A stretch of 37,707 nucleotides of DNA, taken from Octopus sinensis. Lineage: Eukaryota. Below, one piece after another: positions 14,067 to 25,110 of this stretch. A program made the translations under genes and the position numbers. The notes beneath the pieces were generated by a model. The model did not search any database. It saw nothing but the letters and a program-made list of their open reading frames with translations, and was not told the DNA's origin. The stretch is from the NCBI RefSeq assembly GCF_006345805.1, contig NW_021835874.1, forward strand, positions 1 through 37,707, read 5' to 3'. How positions within the stretch are numbered: position 1 is the stretch's first letter; each line of letters opens with the position of its first letter.

Positions 14067-14614
14067 TTCCAGTGAATTAAGGTGAACAAATGATCGGATG
14101 GAAACTGTACGCCTCGCACTACAGGTGACAGCTAAAAATAGCAACCAAATTTCTCTCTTAGTAATCCCTACTGTCTTTAAAACGATGTTTTAGAAAGCAT
14201 AGCCTGGATTACAACATTGGTGAAAGCAGAAGAGTGGGTGTTAATGACTTAAAGGTATTTCCAATTTTAAGTTTAATAGATTGTGACTGACGATTGTTGA
14301 AACGAAAGCAATAGTTAAAACTGACAAATAAGAGCCAATTAATAAGCCTCTACAAGGTCGTTTGTGCTGCGAGAAATAGCTATCAAATCCTCTCTGACTC
14401 ATAAAAATCATACACTATCGTCTTAAAATAAGAAAGTTTACATGGAAGGAATACCGTCCTAGGTTACTTACGCTGTGTTGAAATAAAATAGGTTCGCTGC
14501 AATTTGAATGTCTTTGACTCTGAGTCTACTGAATCAAGATCAAGCTGCAACTATAAAACAACAACATAAACAACCAAACCATCAAAAGCACAAATATTGT
14601 ACACATATTCGTGA

Positions 14615-15496
14615 ACTGATCTAAGAGGACCGTCGGCGAAAAATTGTCGAACTAATTGATAAGACTGGTGTGCTCTGGAGCTCCTTCCAGCGAATGAGGA
14701 ATTGCGACCGAAAAGAGTTGCAACAAAATTTGTGCCTCGCTTGCTCACAGAAGATCAAAAGCAGTGACGACTGAACGCGTGTCGTAAACTGAAAGAACAG
14801 TTAATCCGGACCTTTCTTCGAAGGTCATTAGTGGTAAGGATTGCTGGTGCTACGGCTACGACCAGGAAACGAAACAGCAATCAAGTCAATGGAAGCATTC
14901 AATGTCACCACGCCCCAAAGAAGCGCATCAAATGAAGTCCAGTGTGAAGAAGATGCTGGCTTGTTTCGTCGATGTGAAAGGAAATGTTCACACAGAATTT
15001 GTTCCTCCAGGTCAAACTGTTAACTAGATACTCTACTTGCCAGTTCTGAAGAGTTTGCGAGACGTGGTGGGACGAAAACGCCACGACCTGTGGCAAAGTG
15101 GAGAGTGGTGGTTTCATTATGACAACGCACCTGTGCACAACGCTTTGAATGTGAAACGGTTTTTGACTAAAAATGGCATAATCTCGCTTATCCACCCTCC
15201 CTATTCATTTGATCTTGTTCCATGCGATTTTCTTCTGTGCCTCCAAATGAAAAAGGAAAAAAATCTTTGAAGGTAAATGTTTTGCAGGTGTGGAAAAGGT
15301 GAAGAAAAAATGACGGAGGCGTTAAAAGGAATCACTTCACTAGAGTTCCATGATTGCTTCAAACAGTGGAACACTCACCTGGGCAGGTGCATTGCTTCAG
15401 ATGGAAAATACTTTGAAGGTGATAAAAGTATAAACATATCAAATTAAGTAAATTTTATGTTGCAAAATTCATGTTTCTTTTGGTTACTCCCTCGTA
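14615..15496 (+). pseudogene. Degenerate mariner (DD34D-like) transposase with 3' terminus
   Basis: KFVPRLLT (WVPHEL-like), WCYGYDQETKQQS, FHYDNAPVH, HPPYSFDLVPCD (YSPDLAP-like) and GKYFEGD; contains stops and frameshifts. Terminus ...tactccctcgta followed by TA. Confidence 0.9.
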
Positions 15497-15807
15497 TACG
15501 AGTGAGTTGAGAAATGAAAGAAAAGGGCACTCAATACATTTATTAGGAGTTACATGTATTATTCAAAACAGTTCGATTCCGATTCGATGCTCCTTCAAGT
15601 TGCGAAGCCCCTAACACAGCCTAATCTACTCAGGCTGGTGAGAAACTGAATCGGATTCAGATTTTCAACTGCCTGAGCTGATAGACTTCGTTAGGGACTT
15701 CGAAACTTGAAGTAGCACGGAATCCGAATCAATTGCTTATAATAATAATAATAATAATAATAATCATAATAATAAATAATAATAATAATAATAATAATAT
15801 AATAATA

Positions 15808-15862
<55 letters not shown>

Positions 15863-16029
15863 TATATATGCTCCAGCATGACCACAGTCATTGGACTGAA
15901 ACATATAAAAAGAATATATATATATAAATACACACATAAACATATATACATACATATATATATTTGTGTGTGTGTGTGTGTATTTGTGCGTGTGTATTTG
16001 TGCGTGTGTATGTATGTGTGTGTGTGTGT

Positions 16030-16290
16030 ATCACGGTTCTCACGGTATTGGATACCGCTACACATCGCCGGTCACAATGCACTTTTCATTGTTTTAGCCT
16101 TCGAATGACGCCACCTCTCTAGCTAAGCTATTCTGTGACATCATTACCCATTCACAGGTGAGTGGACTGGAGGAACGTAAAATGAAGTGCTTTGTTCAAG
16201 AATAAAAAACGCGTCACCCAATCCCGGATTCGAACCAGTGATCTAGCCACCGTGAGTACAATGCCCTAACCACTAGGCCGCACGCCTTCA
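16030..16290 (-). mobile_element. SINE head C + tail Y
   Basis: Head gaaggcgtgcggcctagtggttagggc...ggttcgaatccgg. Tail ggtggcgtcattcgaaggctaaaacaatg...tgtgaccggcgatgtg is shared with 36155-36465. Confidence 0.75.
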
Positions 16291-16353
16291 CAGACACATG
16301 GATACATACATGCATACACACAAACATGCATGCACGCATGCATACATACATAT

Positions 16354-16775
16354 ACTCTTTTACTCTTTTACTTGTTTCAGTCATTTGACTGTGACCATGC
16401 TGGAGCACTGCCTTTAGTCGAGCAAATCGACCCCGAGGACTTATTCTTTGTAAGCCTAGTACTTATTCTATCGGTTTCTTTTGCCGAACCGCTAAGTTAC
16501 GGTGACGTAAACACACCAGCATCGGTTGTCAAGCGATGTTGGGGGGGGGGACAAACACAGACACACAAACACATACGCACATACACACATATATATATGT
16601 GTATACATATATACGACGGGCTTCTTTCAGTTTCCGTCTACCAAATCCACTCACAAGTCTTTTGTCGACCCAAGGCTATAGTAGAAGACACTTGCCCAAG
16701 GTGCCATGCAGTGGGACTGAACCCGGAACCATGTGGCTGGTAAACAAGCTACTTACCACACAGCCACTTCTACGC
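16354..16775 (-). mobile_element. tRNA-derived SINE family A (CORE-like central domain, internal microsatellite)
   Basis: Head gtggctgtgtggtaagtagc...ggttcagtccc, then ccttgggcaagtgtcttctac (similar to the MIR/CORE domain), an internal TA/TG tract, and tail gtaaaagagtaaaagag. Confidence 0.9.
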
Positions 16776-16866
16776 ACATATATACATGCATACATATATA
16801 CATAAGTGCATACATACATACATACACACACGCACTCGCACGCATGCACTTACACGCACACATACA

Positions 16867-16914
<48 letters not shown>

Positions 16915-17204
16915 AAACGCATTTATATATATGAGTCGTTCGTAGACGAATCAATACCATCTTCATGTTAATTGTTTTCTGTGCAAGTCCTCGCTAAACG
17001 GTTTTATTCAAGAGGTTTCTCCTTCTAGATGGATTTCCTCCCTTACGACTGGTGAACACCATCTACTCTTGACTGTATTGGATATCCACTGGCTCGTCTG
17101 AGTTCGTCTACCACGCGATGAGTCTTGCTTTTCATCCCTCAGGCTATCGGAAAACCACCTCTCTTTCCAAACAAGCGCGGTAAGGTTGCTGACTTATAAA
17201 TATC

Positions 17205-17566
17205 CGCTCTATATTTAAGAGATGAGGAATTATGTACATTATATACATTTGACGGATATTTGTCCTCATTTTATCAGTTGTTAACACATCGTTTCGGCTT
17301 ATACACTCTCCAGCCTTCATTAGATGTCTTGGGGAAATTTCGAACCTGGATTCTCATTCCTAAGGTATTTTTCGATGTTAGTATTATTACTATCATTATT
17401 ATTATTATTATGATTATTATTAGCAATAATAAATTTCTGAACGAGGTGTGAACAGTAACTGCACGACAATGTGTTATACTTCCCATCTCAATATGGCTAA
17501 CCACTAAGGGTGGGTGTTACTGTAGCTTGTAGCTCCAGGAGAACATCGTCTCCAGCTGGCTTTAGG

Positions 17567-17641
<75 letters not shown>

Positions 17642-17727
17642 CATTATTATTATTGAGATCACTGCCTGGAATAGAACTCGGAATCTTGGGGTTAGTAGAC
17701 CGCGCCTTTAACCACTACGCCATATGC
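17205..17727 (-). mobile_element. Composite element: tRNA-like Pol III head, (AAT)n, and hammerhead-bearing domain, with an extra segment of about 140 bp inside the (AAT)n
   Basis: A box TGGCGTAGTGG (17712-17722) and B-box-like GAGTTCTATTCC (17668-17679). HHR-like gacat-CTAATGA-A-GGCT...AGCC-GAAA-CGAT-gtgtt at 17283-17328. Confidence 0.65.
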
Positions 17728-17765
<38 letters not shown>

Positions 17766-17853
17766 TAATAATAATAATAATAACAACAACAACAACAACA
17801 ACAACATCGAAAAAGACCTTAAGAATGAGAGCCCAGGTTAGAGATTTCCCCAA

Positions 17854-17899
17854 GACACCTGATGAAAGCTGGAGGGTATATTAGCCGAAACGTTATGTT
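17854..17899 (+). ncRNA. Minimal type I hammerhead ribozyme motif
   Basis: gacac-CTGATGA-A-AGCT-ggagggtatatt-AGCC-GAAA-CGTT-atgtt: intact CUGAUGA and GAAA, palindromic ACGU stem III, and one mismatch each in stems I and II. Confidence 0.7.
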
Positions 17900-17986
17900 A
17901 ACAACAAACAAGATGAGGACAAATATCCGTCAAATGTAAATAATGTAAATAATGCATTATAAATATCTGTGTATCTATCAGTCTAT

Positions 17987-18103
17987 TAATATTTAGCAGA
18001 AGCAAAAGAGCGACTCAAGGTCCGAGAGTTTCGTGCGTTGGCACTTATCAAATGCAAGAAGCTTTCGACCTTTGAGTCACTTTGTTGCTTCTGCTAAATA
18101 TTA
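17987..18103. repeat. Foldback (inverted repeat) element
   Basis: Perfect 19-bp inverted repeat taatatttagcagaagcaa (17987-18005) / ttgcttctgctaaatatta (18085-18103), extending imperfectly inward to about 45 bp. Confidence 0.85.
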
Positions 18104-18311
18104 TTAAAAATATACATATACTCATATTTTGCGTTCTATTTTCCTGGTTGAATCACCATAACTATATATATATATATATATATATATAATATGAGGGGAT
18201 ATTATTCCAAACTTACAGGGAAAAATTCAGTTATAAATACTAAATCAAATTTCACAAAATACATATATAAAAGGTTGTTAAAAGGTGTTTTTTTCTAATT
18301 TATATATATAT

Positions 18312-18363
<52 letters not shown>

Positions 18364-18413
18364 TATATATGTATATATATATATATAGATATAGATATAT
18401 ATATGTATATATA

Positions 18414-18444
<31 letters not shown>

Positions 18445-18499
18445 ATATACATATATATGAATATAAGTTATCTATGAATATATAAAATGTCGTAAATGA

Positions 18500-18730
18500 C
18501 TATGGAATTGCGCCAAAAATGTTCCCCTCCGAGGTACAAGTCCGGGCAAGATTGTTTGCGAAGGAATAGCAGTCACCCATGCATACCAGCCTCCTCACTT
18601 CTCGTCGCCGATGTTATTTAAGGGGAAGTCAAAGGCTGATACGGCTGGCTGAACTGGAGCAACTTGAAATAAACACACTGTCCAATCAGGGAATCGAACT
18701 CACTATCTCATGATTGTGAGCACCTTCACC
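18500..18730 (-). mobile_element. Degenerate SINE, head C-like with a third tail type
   Basis: Minus strand tgagatagtgagttcgattccc...tttatttcaagttgctccagttcagccag matches the head C body; the downstream tail is unlike X or Y. Confidence 0.5.
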
Positions 18731-18814
18731 ATATAAGAATGAATATGTACTTATATATATATGTATGTGTGTTTGTGTGTGTGTGTGCGTGCGTACTGGT
18801 GTGTGCTTCACACG

Positions 18815-18972
18815 CATCTAAACAGTTTTCGTCTATCAAATTCACTCACAAGACACTGGTTGGCCGCGTGGCTACAGTAAAAGAACCCCGCTTGCACAAG
18901 ATGGCGCGCAATGGGACTGAACATGAAAACTTTAGGCTGCAAAGCGAGCTCCTTAACCACACAGACATGTCT
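18815..18972 (-). mobile_element. Degenerate SINE A 5' half
   Basis: Minus strand tgtgtggttaaggagctcgc...ttcagtccc...gtgagtgaatttgatagacgaaaactg. Confidence 0.6.
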
Positions 18973-20160
18973 TATTTATATTATATCTATTTCGTCGAAT
19001 TTCATCGTAATTGTTTATTTATTTATTTTAGAAATTTTCAACATTTTTTAGACGATATTAGAGACAATAATAATACGCGGATCATCAAAATTCTTTCACC
19101 TGAAATCTTAGAAATGCAAGCGGCAGACAGAGACATTATAAGACTTGGAACGGATGAGGGCACGGATACAGGAAATATATATATACAACATGCACATACA
19201 AAGATTATATACATACATATACATATACATACACACATATATTTATATATATATACACACATATAAATATATTTATATACACACACACAAAGTCATAAGC
19301 ACACGCGATTCTGTTACAATATATAGTCAATGTTTTCTTTATATGCTTGTTTCCCCCCTAAGGTGGGGTACTGTTGGTAGTTATTAAATAGTCTCTGGAG
19401 AACCCGACTGTCTGCTCTGGGATATTGTGGGAAAAGTAATTATTCGCCAAACTAATATGGCGACTGTTAGTCCGATCCTGCATCAACCTCCACGCCGCCC
19501 GCTTACATCTCAAAGACGTCCGAATAAGCATCGCATGTCATATATATATAGAGATGTATATAAATAGTAATTATATTTGTAGATATAGTCATATATACGT
19601 TCGTATACGCGCGCACACACACATACACAAACACTCACTTACGCGCATACACACACACACACGCACACACACAAGACACACACACATTGCAAATTCACAT
19701 GTAGATGGTTGTAAGTATATATATATATGGTTTCATACTATTGCATATATTTATATATATATGGATATATAATTTTTTTTTATACAACTGCATGTATGTT
19801 TATGTGTTTTTTGTATGTCTGTCTGTACGCGCGCGTGTGCGTGCGTGCGTGCGTGCATGTGCGTGTGTGTGTGTATGTGCATGAGTGTGTGAGTACACAT
19901 TCAGCTAGGTATATATACAATATATAACCATATATGGGTAATTAATTACATACTTGCACAGACATACACACGCACATACATACATGAACACACACACCGA
20001 CACACACACAGACACACACACATACACACACATACACACACACACACACACATATATATGTATATATAAATTAGAAAAAATATTTCTAAATGAATTTTTC
20101 CCTGTAAGTTTGTAATAATATTCCCTCATATTATTATTATTATATATATGTATATATATA

Positions 20161-20209
<49 letters not shown>

Positions 20210-21162
20210 ATATATATTATATATCGCCGATAAGGCTCCTTTCCTTGCGCCAGAGAAAAAATTTGTATGCTTGTTATCAGTCGTAAGACACTTGTTGTTG
20301 TTTTCACCGTTAATGCTTCTGTATTTCATGTTTCTGTATTCCATTATTTTTTTGTTTTTTTATATTCGTCCCTTTTGCTGTCCTGGTGTCCGTATGCATT
20401 CGATCCTTCTTCCAGGAAATCTACGCTCCCAGCTTAGTTTTTCTAATGCTCGTTGCTTAGTTTTTCTTGGAGGGCTGGCCGTGATCTAGTAATCTCAAGA
20501 TTAATCAGCCGAAATTACTACGATGATCCGGTTCTTGACTGAAGACTGAGGGTTTCGAATGTCCTGTCCGTGTTTATTGTATCGTCTTCTAAGAGTTATA
20601 CGTTCTTGTCCATGTTGTATTTTTCTACATACCTTAATATATATATATATATATATAAACTTACATACAAATACATATGTTCAATTATACATTCAAAACT
20701 GAGACGAAAAATATGACAAACACATCGATAATATTTTTACCACCTCCACAAACAAAAGACAATAATAAGTTATTTGCTAAAACAACACGGTCTTTAACTA
20801 ATCAACACCACCACCAACAAAAACAACGGCATCATGTCTTTCACTACCACTAATGCCCGGAAACCATCCGTAACACCAACAGCCCCTTCTCCCCCTACAC
20901 CACCACCACCGCCATCTCCACCATCCAGTCACTACTTTTTAGGTGTCGTTGCCTTGCAGATCGGATGATAATAATTCAAGTGTAATATTATCACTATTAC
21001 ACAAGTTGTAGAGACTTTAAAACTCACCACACCCGAAACTCGCTAATTTGTACATCGCCAATCACTCCAGCCATCCTCCTATCCACCCGCCAATAACTAC
21101 CCGTTTTTCTTTTTTCATTCTTACGTAAAATTAATTTGTATATGATTAAAGGTAGTTTACAA

Positions 21163-21334
21163 AACCACTTTTTTTAGTCGAGCAAATCGACCCCAGGACT
21201 TATTCTTTGTAAGCCTAGAACTTCTTCTATCGGTCCCTTTGCCGAACCGCTAAGTTACAGGGACGTAACTTTTGTTGTCAAGCGATGTTGGGGTGACAGA
21301 TACACAAACATATACACACACATACATACATACA

Positions 21335-21368
<34 letters not shown>

Positions 21369-21520
21369 CGACGGGCTTCTTTCAGTTTCCGTCTTCCAAA
21401 TCCTTGGTCGACTCGAGGCTATAGTAGAAGACACTTGCCCGAGGTGCCACGCAGTGGGAATGAACCCGGAACCATGTGGCTCGTAAGCAAGCTACTTACC
21501 ACACAGCCACTCCTGCGCCT
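21163..21520 (-). mobile_element. SINE family A
   Basis: High similarity to 16354-16775, including head ggcgcaggagtggctgtgtggtaagtagc. Confidence 0.9.
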
Positions 21521-22489
21521 ATCTTTGTTTTCTTAATTAAACACAGTAATGTCTTCGATACTGAGGGTTTCTATGAAGGAACAAAGCACAGAGACACACA
21601 TCCTTCAAATACAATCGACTGTAGGACAGAGAAGAGGTGTTTTTTTGTTCTTTTTCTATCTTTTTCATGTTTCAGTCATTAGACTGGAGTACCTAAACAT
21701 TAAAAAATTCTTTACTTGATTTTCCTGAAACGAACATATGCATACAACCACGTGTGCATAAGGAGTCTACACACATACACACCCACGTACGCAAGCACAC
21801 ACACACATATTTACATATACGACAAGTACACACACGTACATATATCAAATTGTACATTTCTCCAAAGGATTGTAATTCAACCGTGACGTTATTTGTAAAT
21901 TTCATAAAATTATCTCCCCTTCTCATTCAAAGTTGCCCTTCTCCATTGATCGGTCTTTACTTTTTCACTCTGTACGCGATCTAAATTAACATGTAGCAAG
22001 TTAGAACTCGTTATTTTCGTAGTTACATTGATGTAGAACACATAGTTCTTTAATATTACTAATTAAATCTTTTTAAAACTTTATCATCGGCATTTTCACT
22101 ACTTTGTTTGACTTTACTAACCCATCATCACGCTACAAGCCCATAATTTATGTCTAATCACAACACATCGCCGATCGCCATTTTGTTGAGCCTCCCATCA
22201 ACATGACCTCAAATCCTCAGCCAAACTGCAGTGACTTCCTGTCGATTTTTTTATCACCAAAATCGCTATCAATCTCTCCGAATTTCAGAGCTTTAGTAAA
22301 GACAGGTTCTGAAACTGACAGCCAGAATCCAAAGAAATCAAAGCGGGTCAACTGCATCTACTTTTATTGCTAATATTGTTCAACAACGAATTACTGTACT
22401 GGTGTTTCCCATTGACACAATCATTAGTAGTTTAGTATGTTATCTTTTTCAGGCACATAGTTTGCAGAATCTGTTAACCTGAATTTCAG

Positions 22490-22573
22490 GTTTGTGATGT
22501 TCTCATATGGTCTTTTAGTGTTGTGTATACGACGTATACACATCACTTACAGACCACAGGAGAACATCACAAC
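22490..22573. other. Long imperfect hairpin (about 40-bp stem, 3-nt loop)
   Basis: gtttgtgatgttctcatatggtcttttagtgttgtgtatac-gac-gtatacacatcacttacagaccacaggagaacatcacaac, with five isolated 1x1 mismatches. Confidence 0.85.
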
Positions 22574-22731
22574 ACGTAAAGACCACAAGCATTTGGTTAA
22601 AGACTACACTTTCTTCTGAATCATGTTTGGTGGGTACAATTTCGCTTCCTGCTGAATGTTATTGAGCGTATTTTGTATTATTATTTTTCTTCGCTGTTTT
22701 TCATTAAATGCAATGTGTGAGTGAGTGAGTT

Positions 22732-22783
<52 letters not shown>

Positions 22784-23164
22784 TTCTTAAGTTCCTACTG
22801 TAAATAAACCTTGTCAGAAAGTGTGTACACTGTTTAAGAATTTATAAATACTGTGATTGATTTCAAAAAATTTCAAAAAAATTTCAAAATTATTTTTAAA
22901 TACTGCTGTGTTAGTTATTCTTAGAAGCTCCGTTTCAAAGTTCTTAAATTCTTTACCTCAAGGTAGTTAGTTTATGATTATATTGTGAATATGTCATTTA
23001 GAAGGGTTCTGAAAAGGTCTGCTTTCCAGTGGCATCTTCAGTGGAATAGGAATAATTTTCATTGAATAAAAGTGGTATATATTTTTATATATACATTCAT
23101 ATTTTAATAAGTATGAGTGTGTAGGTGTGTTTGAGAGCGGGCGTGTGTGTGTATGCCTGTGTGT

Positions 23165-23310
23165 GCGTGACCTAGTGGTTAGTGTGTTTGGCTTACGATC
23201 GAAAGGTCACGGCTTCGCTTTCTGGACTGGGCTGTACGTTATATCCTTGGACAAGGTACTTCACTTCACGTTGTTCGAGCGTACTCACCTGAAAATGAGT
23301 ACCAGCAAAT
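23165..23310 (+). mobile_element. Degenerate SINE head C
   Basis: gtgacctagtggttagtgtgtttggcttacgatcg...cttcacttcacgttg...aaaatgagtacc. Confidence 0.6.
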
Positions 23311-23798
23311 CCTCTTCCTCCACATGTCACATCCTCGATATTTCACCGGATCAAGGTGATAGAGTGTATGTCTGCACACGACTACATAGGCACCTAAAAC
23401 GACAAGTGAAGCGTGGTACATGCTACCATTGTAGACTCGCATGTGCGAGGTAGCTACACCTAGTTTGTTTGTGTGTGTCTGTGTGTGTGTGTGTGTATGT
23501 ATGTGCGCGCACACATGTGCTATGTAAATATACTTTTTTTGCGACACATATATCCCGCGGAAATTGGTTGGGTGGGTATAATTAAAATACCACAGGCTTA
23601 ATCCATCTCCTTAACAGCTTCACTAACAAGTCGTTCAGCCCAAGAAAACTGACTCTTTACCTTCCCTCAGTACTGTGGGTGAGGGTCATTCGTGAGTCCT
23701 GTAAAGGGTCACGGAGGTGACCAATATCTCTTCTGATAAAACCATTAACAAAACGGCTAAGAGATAGAATTTATTTATTTATTTACATTAATCAACAG

Positions 23799-24186
23799 AG
23801 GCGCAGGAGTGGCTGTGTGGTAAGTAGCTTGCTTACTTACATGGTTCCGGGTTCAGTCCCACTGTGTGACACCTTGGGCAAGTGTCTTCTACCGCCCAAA
23901 GCCTTGTGAGTGGATTTGGTAGACGGAAACTGAAAGAAGCCCGTCGTATATATGTATATGTGTGTGTAAGTTTGTGTGTCTGTGTTTGTCCCCCTAGCAT
24001 TGCTTGACAACCGATGCTGGTGTGTTTATGTCCCCGTCACATTAGCGGTTCGGCTAAAGAGACCGATAGAATAAGTACTGGGCTTACAAAGAATAAGTAC
24101 CGGGGTCGAGTTGCTCGATTAAAGGCGGTGCTCCAGCATGGCTGCAGTAAATGACTGAAACAAGTAGAAGAGAGTAAAAGAGAGTA
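23799..24186 (+). mobile_element. SINE family A
   Basis: aggcgcaggagtggctgtgtggtaagtagc...ccttgggcaagtgtcttcta...gagtaaaagag. Confidence 0.9.
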
Positions 24187-24244
24187 TGATTATCGTTTAA
24201 TCCGAGCAGATAGTTGGATATTAACGGTCCTCTTATATAGGCGA

Positions 24245-24445
24245 AGACAGGGTTGTGTGGTTAAAAAGCTCGCTTTGCTGCCACGTGGACTTGGGTTCAA
24301 TCGTCAGACGGAGCACTTTCGATATGTATCTTCTCGTTATAGCCCTTTGTCAATTAATGTTTTGAGACTGAATTTGGTAGACAGGAATCGCATGAAGGCC
24401 TGTTGCATATATGCGCGTGAGTGTGTATGTATGCATGTATGTATG

Positions 24446-24500
<55 letters not shown>

Positions 24501-24720
24501 TGTGTGCGTATGTCTATCTGTGTGTGTTTGTGCCTTTGTTATCCCACCGCTTGATAAGTGGTGTTGGTTTATTTACGTCCTCATAACTTAACGCTTTGGC
24601 AAGGGAGACTGATACAATTAGTTGCAAGCTTGAAAATATGCACTGGGATCAATTTGTTCGACTAAATTCTTGAAGGGGTTTTCTCCGTATGGTCGCAATC
24701 CAATGACTGAAACGAGAAGA
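24245..24720 (+). mobile_element. Older, diverged family A-like SINE
   Basis: ttgtgtggttaaaaagctcgc...gggttcaatc, internal (TG)n, gtgttggtttatttacgtcc, and tail caatgactgaaac. Confidence 0.6.
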
Positions 24721-24857
24721 AGGCAACAAATAATCCTGGCATCCGTTTTATTTATTTATTTGCTAGTATTTATTTGTTTGTTTGTTCAATTGTCAACCAT
24801 CCCAGTTGGTTTTTGCTGGTTATTTGCTGACGATTCCCGTCCTGGTTTTGCCTCTCC

Positions 24858-25075
24858 CTCTCTTTTACTCTTTTACTTGTTTCAGACATTTGACTGCGAC
24901 CATGCTGAAGCACCGCCTTTAGTCGAGTAAATCGACCCCGAGGACTTATTCTTTGTAAGCCCAGTACTTATTCTATCGGTCTCTTTTGTCGAACCGTTAA
25001 GTGACGGGGACGTAAACACACCAGCATCGGTTGTCAAGGAATGCTAGGGGGACAAACCCAGACACACAAACACAT

Positions 25076-25110
<35 letters not shown>

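Noticed and set aside
18739-19266. 175-aa ORF with a non-repetitive stretch (NFQHFLDDIRD...GTDTG) after an AG acceptor-like site
   Set aside because: The ORF runs through microsatellite and SINE sequence; no splice donor and no recognisable homology.
20520-20565. ctgaagactgagggtttcgaa as a hammerhead
   Set aside because: No convincing stem II or helix I pairing.
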